DNA of 64,000 nt from Diplonema japonicum (taxonomy: Eukaryota; Protista; Euglenozoa: Diplonemea): contig OZ025676.1 in the NCBI GenBank assembly GCA_964019335.1, positions 248,001 to 312,000 of the forward strand. Direction: 5' to 3'. Shown piece by piece: positions 11,260 through 22,343 of this stretch. The first letter of the stretch is position 1, and the number at the start of each line of letters is the position of its first letter. The notes below the pieces were generated by a model, which had not been told where the DNA came from, made no database searches, and worked only from the letters and a program-made list of their open reading frames with translations. The position numbers and the translations under genes are program-made.

Positions 11260-11592
11260 TTTCAATTCCCTTTCTAGGGATATTGTGATCTATAGAATAA
11301 GTATTAAGTATTTGTTAGTGATCATCTTTTTTTCTATAGACCACAAACAAGTGGGGGGGGGGGGGGGGGGGGGGGTTGCATTGTTACAATGTCTTAAGGA
11401 TACGTGAAATGCAGTTCCGTAAAGCTGTTGCATCACGTTGGGTAGTGTTTATACCGCATCAAAAAAAAAAAAAAAAAAAAAAAACATTGACCCGCCCTCT
11501 TCCATTTCTGACTTCTTAGAAAAAGCTAGCCGGAATGAAATCAGTAGGATGGAAAAAAGGGAAGCCGCCTTCAGGTTAGGAGGGGGGCTCGG

Positions 11593-12105
<513 letters not shown>

Positions 12106-13721
12106 CTACATGTGTAAGCACGTGGCATTGGATTGAAAGAAAAATAGGCTATTTGAGTAAAGAGTAAAGGAATAAAAAAATAAAGAGGAAAAAGTAAAGG
12201 AGGGAACGGGATGGTGATGGGGTGCGACAAAACAAAGCATGGGGAAGGGGGGGGAAGTGAAAAGAAGAAAAAAAAAAAAGGAAACAAAAAAAAAAAGAGT
12301 GCATGTGAAGAGGGACAAAAGGGGCAAAATAAAAAAGAAGAAAAAAAACCAGGGTAAAAAAAAAAAAAAAAAAAAAAACTATGTAAAAAAAAAAAAATTA
12401 GAACCGGGACCCATTTTTTCTTTTTGCAGCAAAATACCATCAGAGGTAAGTAGAGAAGAGGGAGGTATAAGAGGAGAAACAGGAAAGAGGACAGTAGGGC
12501 AGGGGGAAGTCCAACTATCATAGGAAAATGGCTTTTCCTTCTTTTTTTTTCCTTTTTCTTTTTTGGCTTTCTTTTCCTTTTTCCTTTCCTCCCTTCAGCG
12601 TTAGGTGTTTTAAGATGCACTCTCACAAGGAGCGCATGTTGTCTATTAAAAAGGAGCCAAAGAAGGGAAAGGGGAAAGAAAAAAATATAAAACAAGTTCC
12701 CCTTTCTCCTCCTTTAAATCCCTTTTTTTTTTTTTTTTTATTAAATACCACCTTACCACCACTCTTTTTTCTTTCTTGGTCTTTCGTCGTTGTTCCTTTA
12801 TTTTTTTTATTTATGGAGAAAAAAAAATGGTAATTCCTTTTGCTGTATTTGATATTTAAAAAAAAAAGTTTTTTTCTTATGAAACATGAAAGTAGCAGTA
12901 TTGGAAGGAGCAAAAAAAAAAAAAAATGATATTTTAGAAGTAAGAGAGAATAAAAGTTATCGAGAGCCCGCGAACTGAGGGCTGGGAAGGGTTCACAAAA
13001 AAAAAAAAGAAAAAAAAAAAAAAAAAAAACTGGCAAGGGCGCTGACCCACCATAGCTTCCCCCCTTTCTTTCTTTTTTTTTTTCGCTTGTATCATATTCT
13101 TGATCAGTTTGTCAATCTAGCCGGTGGTGGTGGGGGGGGGATTACGTAGAGTCACAAAATCAATGAAAATGCTTGAAGAGAAGTGGGAAAGGGCCAGGAA
13201 GGATAAAAGGAAACGAGTCAATCTGGAAGAAAACAAAAAAATCTAAGTTTTTAAAAAAAAAAAGAACGTCTGTGGGGGGCGGGGGTCTTTCTCTCAAAAA
13301 AAAAAGAAAAAAAAAGAAAAAGAGAGGGAAAAGAAGGATAAGAAGAAAAAAAAAAACATAAAAAAAAAAACAGAAATCCCCCGTCTTCTGTTTCCGATCA
13401 CTTTTTTTCCTCCCTCTTCTCTTCTTCTCTCTTTTGTTCAGCTGCAAAAAAATAATGGGTACCCTACAAAAAAAAGGGGGGTGTTTTATTTATTTATTTT
13501 TTCAATTTTTTTTATTGTTTTTTAAATTTGTTTCATTTTTTGTATTTATAAAAGAAAATGGGGAGGGGGAGAAAAAGGTGTTAAAGGGCATAAAAAAGTG
13601 GGGGGGGGGAACGGTAAAAAAAAAAAAAAAAAAAAAAAATGAAAACCCGCAAAACCGGATTTCCATAACACGAAGGGGGAGGGGGTAAATGGGATATAAA
13701 AAAAAAGTGGTGGCAAAAAAG

Positions 13722-13752
<31 letters not shown>

Positions 13753-13769
13753 CACACAACTTACAGAAT

Positions 13770-14925
13770 TCATGACTCCCGGTCCTCAGCCCCCCGGTGT
13801 GGCGTAATGGCCCCACAACCCAACCCTGAGAGAATATTTTTCACTGACTCAGGTGAAGGGGAGTTGGAAGAAGAGAAGGAGTTGGAGAGTAGCCTGCAAT
13901 TTTTTTTTTCTTTTTCTTTTCTTTCCCCCCATCCCCTCTTTTTCATACTTAAAGAAAACATTCACAGTGACAAGCGAGTCGCTTCCCGCCTGGTGAGCCT
14001 GCCCAATCCGAGCGGCGTCGAGAATGGACGCGAGGTTGTCCAACCCCCCGTTCCACTGGAGTTGCTCACAGGTCCTCGCCATGTGTTTGGTGTCGAAAAA
14101 GCTTGGAAAGTACATTTCAAGCAATTCGAGAAACTGTGCTTCTTCATAAGGTACCTCTTGACTGGTCAACAACCGTATTAGGTAAGCAAAATCGTAACCC
14201 GAGGCGAAGGACACCCATGTTATTTCATCACTGAGGACCAACCCGCTACTTAATATCAGCTCTGCAAACCGGGCAACATCGCATCCCTTTTGCCTGGAAA
14301 AAAAATATAAAAAAAAAAAAATTTTTTTTTCATACTTCAGCTGAGAAAATTCTATCCCGGAGTTCTTCAACAGCGTGATGGAGTCCAGTGCGTACATGTC
14401 GTTCTCAAGGTCAAAAGCGAAGTTAATTTGAAATGTGCTCACTCGATCAGGCGGTGTATTCCCCTTTGAATCTCTAAAGCACATCCCAATCTGGATTACC
14501 TTTAGTATGTTAACATTTACTCTAATCGTTTGCCAGAGCGGAGATGAACCGTTCTTCACGGTTTTGGCATTCGCGTGCGCCACAACACCGGGGAACTCCG
14601 TGTCCATGCCGATCACGTTGTAGCCAGCCTTTACAAGATCGGACATACTCGTCACGGCGTCCTCAAGGTTTTCCGACCAGACTTCTTTGATAATTTCAGG
14701 GTAATTCAGAGTCTGTGGGCTGCTATGTATGTGTTGCTGCCCTTGCAATTTTCGGTCAAATATCCCAAGGTCCAAGCCCCCATCATAAACCGACTGCTGC
14801 TGCGATACCATTGTGGGGTAGAATTCCTTCGCATTTGGGTTGTACCCTTTGAATGAAAAACCTGTTTTTTTTTTTTTTTTCTTTTTTGTTAACATACCCT
14901 CCGCTGGAGCGGAAGTCGGTGGCAT
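13770..14925 (-). CDS. CAF1: CCR4-associated factor 1 (DEDD deadenylase), 3 introns: 13894-13948, 14294-14335, 14862-14897
   Basis: Motifs MDTEFPGVV, NVNILKVIQIG, FASGYDFAYL, FFDTK and GQAHQAGSDS. Removing the GTATG...CAG introns restores a continuous frame ending ...ILSGLG... Confidence 0.93.
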
Positions 14926-15240
14926 GGTTAGTAGATTAATTTTTTTTTGTATTTTTTTTTTTTTGTATTTTCTTCTTTTTTTTTTTGTGTGTGTCTTTCT
15001 TAATTTTTTTTTTGTGTTAAAAAAAAGAAAAAAAAGAAAAAAAACCACCTTATTCACGCCTCAATGAACTTTTTCTGATCTTTGAAGAAGAATGAAAATT
15101 TCACTCGAGCGACAGAAAAAAATTCATATTCGTTGTGAATAAACAGCTGCTGAGATCCGGAACATAAAAAAAAAAAAAGAAATAAAAGAACTGGTATTTT
15201 TTTTTCTTCTTTTTTTTTTGGTTTCCCAGAAAGGCCTTCC

Positions 15241-15271
<31 letters not shown>

Positions 15272-15313
15272 AAGAAACACTAATCGAAGGAGTCCTTCCC
15301 TTTTTCCTCCTCA

Positions 15314-15695
15314 TCATTTTTTTTCTGCCGCTGTTTTTGCAAGTTGTTCTCGTGCATCGGCTTCTCTCTCCATCGCACTGGTTTTTTTTTTTTTTTTTTT
15401 TTCCCGTCACATACGTTACGGCATTTACTACTTGAATGCTAGCAACGGTATCCCTCTGTTTCCTTGCTAGAAGCGGGCCTTCCAGCCTCGCCTTCCTCTC
15501 CTTATTGATCAGCATCATAACATTTAACGCTGCCAGGTAGCACCCTGTGCCCATGAGGACGTACACAGACCCCACCCACCCATAGTACCCAATCTTCCTC
15601 TTTGTCTGTCGCACTAAAGGGTGCGTGTGATAAGCTTCTGTCATATTATCCCACCTCTCCTCCATCCTTCTTAACCGCCTCACGAGTTGTGACAT
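15314..15695 (-). CDS. Small single-pass membrane protein (114 aa), intron 15378-15414
   Basis: ATG after an A-tract, with an Arg-rich N-terminus and one hydrophobic helix. Removing the GTATG..A-run..CAG intron gives ...VTAMEREADAREQLAKTAAEKK*. Confidence 0.7.
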
Positions 15696-16020
15696 TTTTT
15701 TTTTCCCCTCCTTTTTGTTTGCTCCTTTGTTAAGTTCTTTCTGTGCCACTGTGGAGAAAAAAAAAAAAAAAAAAAAAAAAAGAAACTCGAAAATTAATTT
15801 TGCGAATACGGAGAAAGAACAACAAAGAGAAATATTCACCATGATAGCGCAACCCGGTGAGGCAGCAAGAAAGACACTATTGTCGAAGAAAGGGGGAGGG
15901 GATGGGGGGATATATATTTTTCTCTCCCTCCCCTCTCCTCCCCATTATTCGCTTTTTTTTTAAAAAAAAAGGGGGGGGAAGAAAAAAAAAACATCCCAAG
16001 CACTCACAAAATCTTTTTAA

Positions 16021-17816
16021 CCATCTATCAACAAGCGTCTATATATAGACGATTTGAAAAAAAATCTTTTACGCAAAGGGCTTTCAATGCAATACGGCCC
16101 GGCCCTTTCTTGCCGGCGGGGTCCTGCGCGGAAAATATGAAAAATATAAACTAAATGCTGCCCTAACTTAACAAGAAAATGAAAAAATAAAAAAAAAACG
16201 CCACCCTTAAAAATCACTTCAAAAAAAGGCGCCCGGAAAGAGGCCGGAAGAGGACGTCATGAGTGATGGTAGCACTGATGGCTCATCCCTATTATGCAAT
16301 TTTGATACAAACAGTGATTCTGATACGAATTCGACCGATTCCGAGTCACAGCAGGGTGATTGGACGGCAAAGCCGGAGCAGTTGGAAGGCATCCGGTTTC
16401 GTGAAGATCGGAATCCTTGTGGACCCTGTTTTGACATCAGAGGCTCAACGCCATTCCATATATTCTCCCAAATGCTCGTCCCAAACTTTATTCGGGTCAT
16501 AACTTCGAACAATGTGGCAAATGCGGCTAAAAAAGGTGCCTCCCTGGATCTCGATGCTGCTTCTCTGCGTACCTTCCTAGGTGTCCTTTTGTCGATGGAC
16601 TTGGATATCAAGCCAGATTATTCTGATTACTGGTGCACTGGCTCCACGTTTCTCAACTACACCCCTGGGTACGCCACCGTCATGTCAAGAGACCGCTTTT
16701 TGACTATTCTGGGAAATCTGTGTTTCCACAGCGAAACAAACAAGCGTGCTGACTTCTACCTATCGCGAAGGCCTCCCGGAGATCATGGATGCCCCAAAGA
16801 AGCGAGGCCGCAAGCCCAAGGACGCGCATCCCGTGGGGACACAGTTCCACCAGCACGCGAGCATCCTTTGCACCACAACGTGGCATGACATCAAGCCTGT
16901 GTGCTTTCTATCGACGTTGGATGTTCCAGTGAAGTCAAATTTGACCGTCCGCCAAAAGAGAATGAAAGCCGGAAAGGACATCTTGTTCCCCACCAAGTGC
17001 ATATTTACAACACCGCAATGGGCGGAACCGACGCTGGGTGACGCTGTGACAAAACGCCATAAACGCACCCTTATGACTTAAAAGTGGCCCCTAAAAGTAT
17101 TTTCGTACTTGTTAGGTAAATCTCTGGCGAATGCTTGGCTTGTTTGGAAAGAAGCCTTGCCCCCCAACACCCTGAGTACGAACGACAGTGGATTCACGCC
17201 TTTCAAAGAGGCAGTCATCGAAGGGCTACTAGGGAGGCAGTCTAAACAACAGATAAAGTCAACTACAGAGCAGGCTGCCCCAATACCATGCCCCGAAACA
17301 CAGAACGAGTGCTCTGAGACCCCAATGCGCCGTGACAGTACCTTCTGGGACCATTTCCCCGAAAAAGTAGTGCAACGTGCGGTGCAAGCATTTCAAGTCG
17401 AAAAGACCCCTATTTCAGTGTTCAGCCTGCTTGGTACAACTTTGCGTGACTCCGTGCTTCAAAGACTACCACCTTGCCGGGGATACCCCCCAGAAACCCC
17501 TCTCGGGGTCAAAAAAGAAGTCCCCCAGCCCTGGGGCACGTACGAACCGCGACAAGAAGGCCTTAAATAGCTTTTTATAGAATTTTACAGTCGATTTTTT
17601 TTGACTTGTTTTTTGTACCCCCTCTCGAGCACTTCAGGAACGATATTTTTGACAATGTTGTGGGGGTGGGCCCTGCTGTGGGCACCCTCTCTCTAGAATT
17701 GGGACATCTGGAGGCATTTTCGGGGGCATATAGCCCCGGCGTTGCGCTAGAATAGCTTTTTTTGAAGTTTTGAAAATTTACCCCCTGGTGGGCAAAAATG
17801 GTCCGTTGGTAGATGG
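16021..17816 (+). mobile_element. Non-autonomous piggyBac element, copy 1
   Basis: TTAA TSDs (16017-20, 17817-20); TIR CCATCTA(C/T)CAAC. Transposase remnants MSRDRF, W.DIKPV, YNTAMGGTD and a Cys-rich C-terminus (C..C...LC..PCFKDYH), with frameshifts and stops. Confidence 0.93.
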
Positions 17817-17859
17817 TTAAACATAAAACGTTGGTAAATTGCATCCCCAAGAAATTTTC

Positions 17860-19458
17860 TCACGGAGTAGGCTTGCAGTAAGGGTCGAACGGACCAAAGC
17901 TGCTATAAGGAATATCACCTCCCGTGTACGCCTTGATGCTCCAAGTCGAGGGGGTAATAGTACAATTGGAGAGAGTAGGGTACTTCTGCTGAGAGTGAGG
18001 ATCACTGCACAAGTCGTATTGAGAAGAAGTGCCACGGGCCATCTGATTGGGGACGGGTGTGATGGTGGCGATGTGTGCCGCACGTGAGGCGTTGATACCT
18101 GCCATGACCTGCTGGTACTCTTGGGACGTGGCGTCGATGGGGTACGTCTCGCTTATGTCATACTCAATGTTGTAGAGCAGCGGGGGGTTCTGCACTACCG
18201 GTTGCGAGGCCAGGTGGGTGTTTGTCACGTAGTGCGCCTTGTATGACCCGCACCTCACAGCCCATAGACCTGGGATGGGACCCGTGCTTGACAGGACGTT
18301 GTTCGTCCCTGCCTGCGTCTCGTCCTCTCGTCCCGCCATGGCCTGTCCATCCACACCCTTCCAGATGAACACGCACTGGTGTGCTGTCGGTGCTGTCTCG
18401 TTCATCAGCACTTGCGACATGTCCCTCCCGTCCAGGACTAGCCCCTTAGGGACTTCCACCCCGGCCAGCTTTAGCATGGTTGGGAAGATGTCATAGGTTG
18501 CCACAACTTGTGGTGACACTCTAGGGGCCACGGTGCCCTTCCACCGCACGATGCCGGGTACCCTTACCCCGCCTTCCCATGTGGTGGTTTTCCCCTCCCT
18601 CAACGGACCCGCCGACCCGCCTTCGAGCTTCTGGATCAACCACGGGCCGTTGTCCGACGAGAAGAACACAACCGTGTTTTCATCGAGACCGTTCTTCTGG
18701 AGGCTCGCCATCACCTGCGACACACCGTCGTCGAGCTCTGCCATGGCGTCGCCGAACCTGCCCCTGCGGCTGGTGCCGCAGTGCTTCTGGCTGCAGAAGT
18801 TCGGGACGTGCACGTGGGACCACGCGAGGTACAAGAAGAAGCTGGCCTTATCGGCAGCAGCCTTTGTGAGGAAGTCGTCGGCCTTGTCGGCGTAGCGTTG
18901 GGTGAGGGTTTCAAGGTCGCACGGCTGCTCGATGATGGTGGTGTTGTGGAGGAGGGGGAGGGCTCGTTCGCCGGGTTCGTCCTTGCCGTTCCTCCATGGG
19001 GAGATGCCCATGTCGACCGAGTAGGGGACACCGTAGTACTCATCGAAGCCTCTGTTGGTGGGGAGGTACTCCTCGCGCTGCCCGACGTGCCACTTCCCGA
19101 TAGCGAGAGAGCGGTAGCCTGCAGGGCCGAGAAGGTTAGCAAAGGTGGTCTCGTTAGTGGGAAGCCCACCCACAGCGTCGGCTCTGAAGACACCTCCAAG
19201 GGGGCCTGTCCCTGCGCACCCTGATCGGATGGGCAGTCTCCCAGTAAGCATAGACGCTCTGCTTGGGCTGCACACATGGAACCCTGAGTACCACTGTGTG
19301 AACCTCACCCCTTCGCTCGCTAGCTTGTCAATTCCAGGTGTCCCCACTGTAGGGTTGCCATACACAGAGGGGTCCCCGTACCCCATGTCGTCAGCGAACA
19401 AGATCAAAAAGTTCGGCCGTGCCGCCAGTGCAGCACCTAGCAAGATCACCGCATTCAT
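17860..19458 (-). CDS. Secreted arylsulfatase (formylglycine-dependent S1 sulfatase)
   Basis: Signal peptide; PNFLILFADDMGYGD, CSPSRASMLTGR, GKWHVG, SSDNGP, K.TTWEGGVRVP. Confidence 0.95.
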   Translation of the reverse strand: MNAVILLGAALAARPNFLILFADDMGYGDPSVYGNPTVGTPGIDKLASEGVRFTQWYSGFHVCSPSRASMLTGRLPIRSGCAGTGPLGGVFRADAVGGLPTNETTFANLLGPAGYRSLAIGKWHVGQREEYLPTNRGFDEYYGVPYSVDMGISPWRNGKDEPGERALPLLHNTTIIEQPCDLETLTQRYADKADDFLTKAAADKASFFLYLAWSHVHVPNFCSQKHCGTSRRGRFGDAMAELDDGVSQVMASLQKNGLDENTVVFFSSDNGPWLIQKLEGGSAGPLREGKTTTWEGGVRVPGIVRWKGTVAPRVSPQVVATYDIFPTMLKLAGVEVPKGLVLDGRDMSQVLMNETAPTAHQCVFIWKGVDGQAMAGREDETQAGTNNVLSSTGPIPGLWAVRCGSYKAHYVTNTHLASQPVVQNPPLLYNIEYDISETYPIDATSQEYQQVMAGINASRAAHIATITPVPNQMARGTSSQYDLCSDPHSQQKYPTLSNCTITPSTWSIKAYTGGDIPYSSFGPFDPYCKPTP

Positions 19459-19596
19459 CTTTTTTTTTTTTTTAAATTTGTGCAGTCGAAGAGAGAACAA
19501 CTTCTCGTTTTCGCCTTTTTTAAGAGTTTAATAGAGTCACGGAGGCAGGGGGAGAATAGAATAAAAAGGGATCTTTTTTTAGGTTCCGGCGTGGGG

Positions 19597-19637
<41 letters not shown>

Positions 19638-19859
19638 AATTTTGAATAGGGGTATAAGGAAAATAAAAAAGGGAAAGAAAGGTGTTTGGTTCCTCTCTGG
19701 CAAGGTTAAAAAGCGTGTAAATAAAATATTGATTTCTAGTGGGGCCATGCAGTATGTGACACAGCGGACACCCTTGTGAAATAAAAAAAAAAAAAAAAAA
19801 AAAAGAGAACATGGACATAAGGCATGTGTTTTTCGCACTCACCCAACTAGTCCCTTTAA

Positions 19860-21565
19860 CCATCGACCATTTTTGCCCGCCAGGGGGTAAATTTTCAAAA
19901 CTTCAAAAAAAGCTATTCTAGCGCAACGCCGGGGCTATATGCCCCCGGAAATGCCTCCAGATGTCCCAATTCTAGAGAGAGGGTGCCCACAGCAGGGCCC
20001 ACCCCCACAACATTGTCAAAAATATCGTTCCTGAAGTGCCCGAGAGGGGTACAAAAAACAAGTCAAAAAAAATCGACTGTAAAATTCTGTAAAGAGCTAT
20101 TTAAGGCCTTCTTGACGCGGTTCGTACGTGCCCCAGGGCTGGGGGACTTCTTTTTTGACCCCGAGAGGGGTTTCTGGGGGGTATCCCCGGCAAGGTGGTG
20201 GTCTTTGAAGCACGGAGTCACGCAAAGTTGTACCAAGCAGGTTGAACACTGAAATAGGGGTCATTTCAACTTGCCATGCTTGCACCGCACGTTGCGCTAC
20301 TTTTTCGGGGAAATGGTCCCAGAAGGTACTATCGCGGCGCATTGGGGTCTCAGGGCACTCGTTCTGTGTTTCGGGGCATGGTATTGGGGCAGCCTGCTCT
20401 GTAGTTGACTTTAGCTGTTGTTTAGACTGCCTCCCTAGTAGCCCTTCGATGACTGCCTCTTTGAAAGGCGTGAATCCACTGTCGTTCGTACTCAGGAAAC
20501 AAGCCAAGCATTTGCCAGAGATTTATCTAACAAGTACGAAAATACTTTCAGGGGCCACTTCGAAGTCATAAGGGTGCGTTTATGGCGTTTTGTCACAGCG
20601 TCACCCAGCGTCGGTTCCGCCCATTGCGGTGTTGTAAATATGCACTTGGTGGGGAGTGGGATGTCCTTTCCGGCTTTCATTCTCTTTTGGCCGACACGTC
20701 AAATTTGACTTCACCAGAACATCCAACGTCGACAGAAAGCGCGCAGGCTTGATGTCATGCCACGTTGTGGTGCAAAGGATGCTCACGTGCTGGTGGAATT
20801 CTTTGGGGCATCCGTGATTTCCGGGAGGCCTTTGCGATAGGTAGAAGTCAGCACGCTTGTTTGTTTCGCTGTGGAAACACAGATTTCCCAGAATAGTCAA
20901 AAAGCGGTCTCTTGACATGACGGTGGCGTACCCAGGGGTGTGGAGACGTGGAGCCAGTGCGCCAGTAGTCAGAATAATCTGGCTTGATATCCAAGTCCAT
21001 CGACAAAAGGACACCTAGGAAGGTACGCAGAGAAGCAGCATCGAGATCCAGGGAAACACCTTTTTTAGCCGCATTTGCCACATTGTTCAAAGTTATGACC
21101 CAAATAACGTTTGGGGCGAGCATTTGGGAGAATATATGGTATGGCGTTGAGCCTCTGATGTCAAAACAGGGTCCACAAGGATTTCGATCTTCACGAAACC
21201 GGATGCCTTCCAACCGCTCCGGCTTTGCCGTCCAATCACCCTGCTGTGACTCGGAATCGGCCGAATTCGAATCAGAATCACTGTCCGTACCAAAATTGCA
21301 TAATAGGGATGAGCCATCAGTGCTACCATCACTCATAATGTCCTCTTCCGGCCTCTTTCTGGGCACCCTTTTTTGAAGTGATTTTTAAGGGTAAATTTGG
21401 GCTGGCGTTTTTTTTTTCTTTTTTCTTTTTTCTTTTTCTTGTTAAGTTAGGGCAGCATTTAGTTTATATTTTTCATATTTTCCGCGCAGGACCCCGGATG
21501 AAAGCCCTTTGCGCAAAAGATTTTTTTTTCAAATCGTCTCTATAAAGACGCTCGTTGGTAGATGG
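19860..21565 (-). mobile_element. Non-autonomous piggyBac element, copy 2 (inverted)
   Basis: Reverse complement of copy 1 with further deletions. TTAA at 19856-59 and 21566-69. The right-end TIR lacks 8 nt (TACCAACG). Confidence 0.93.
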
Positions 21566-22066
21566 TTAAAAAGAAAAAAAAAAGGATATCCTTTTACAGT
21601 GCATTCTTTCATGCACTCTCCGCCCTGCCTCATCTAGTTCGAAGTGGCTTTGCGGGGAGGGGGCGGGGAGGGGGGGATAAGAACCTGTGTATCAGTTCTA
21701 TATGTGGTTTATTCTTTTTATTTCTTCTTCCGTGAGCTGATTTCGCAAAGAGACAAAAGAGAACAAACTTCGATAACATATCGGTGTAGGGGGAGGGGGG
21801 GCGGGGAGAGATGCCATCATCAGTTTAATTACCTCGTCGTTGAGATGGTTGCTTTACGGTAACAAAAAGGGGGAGCGGGGGGAGAGTGAAGAGAGGGACA
21901 ATCATTCGGTTAGGAACACAAGGTCGGGAGGGGGTCGTGAGCAAAAGAGCACATTAAATATATTTTATGTTCTTTTGAGAAAAAATAAGAATAAAAAAAT
22001 CACCCCCCCCCCTCCTCTCCCAGGGTTCCTCACTATTCTCCATCTATACTGCTCCATACAGGTATA

Positions 22067-22115
22067 ATATATGAGTTAAAGGAAGTCTTTGTGAGACGCC
22101 CCCTTGTTCTCATCT
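22067..22115 (-). repeat. Short repeat, variant tail ...AAAGACTTCCTTTAACTCATATAT
   Basis: ~47 nt identical to 56660-56706. Confidence 0.7.
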
Positions 22116-22343
22116 TCAACCTGCACCGTATAAAGAAACAAATAGGGCAGCACTTAATAAAGAAGAAAACGACAACAAAAAAACGCCATATCGATACCAT
22201 GCCCGTTTAGCGGAGGTATATGTGTGGGGGAAGAGAACACAAAAAAAAACTCAAATTAACACGCAAGTTCCTGAGACGAAAGATGCATGCCCTAAAAAAA
22301 GGGGTGGGGGTATGGTCAGTATCGGAAAAAAAAAAAACCCCCG

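Noticed and set aside
11380-11560. Possible single-hairpin AGA-box snoRNAs
   Set aside because: Hairpins are present, but box spacing and rRNA targets could not be established by eye.
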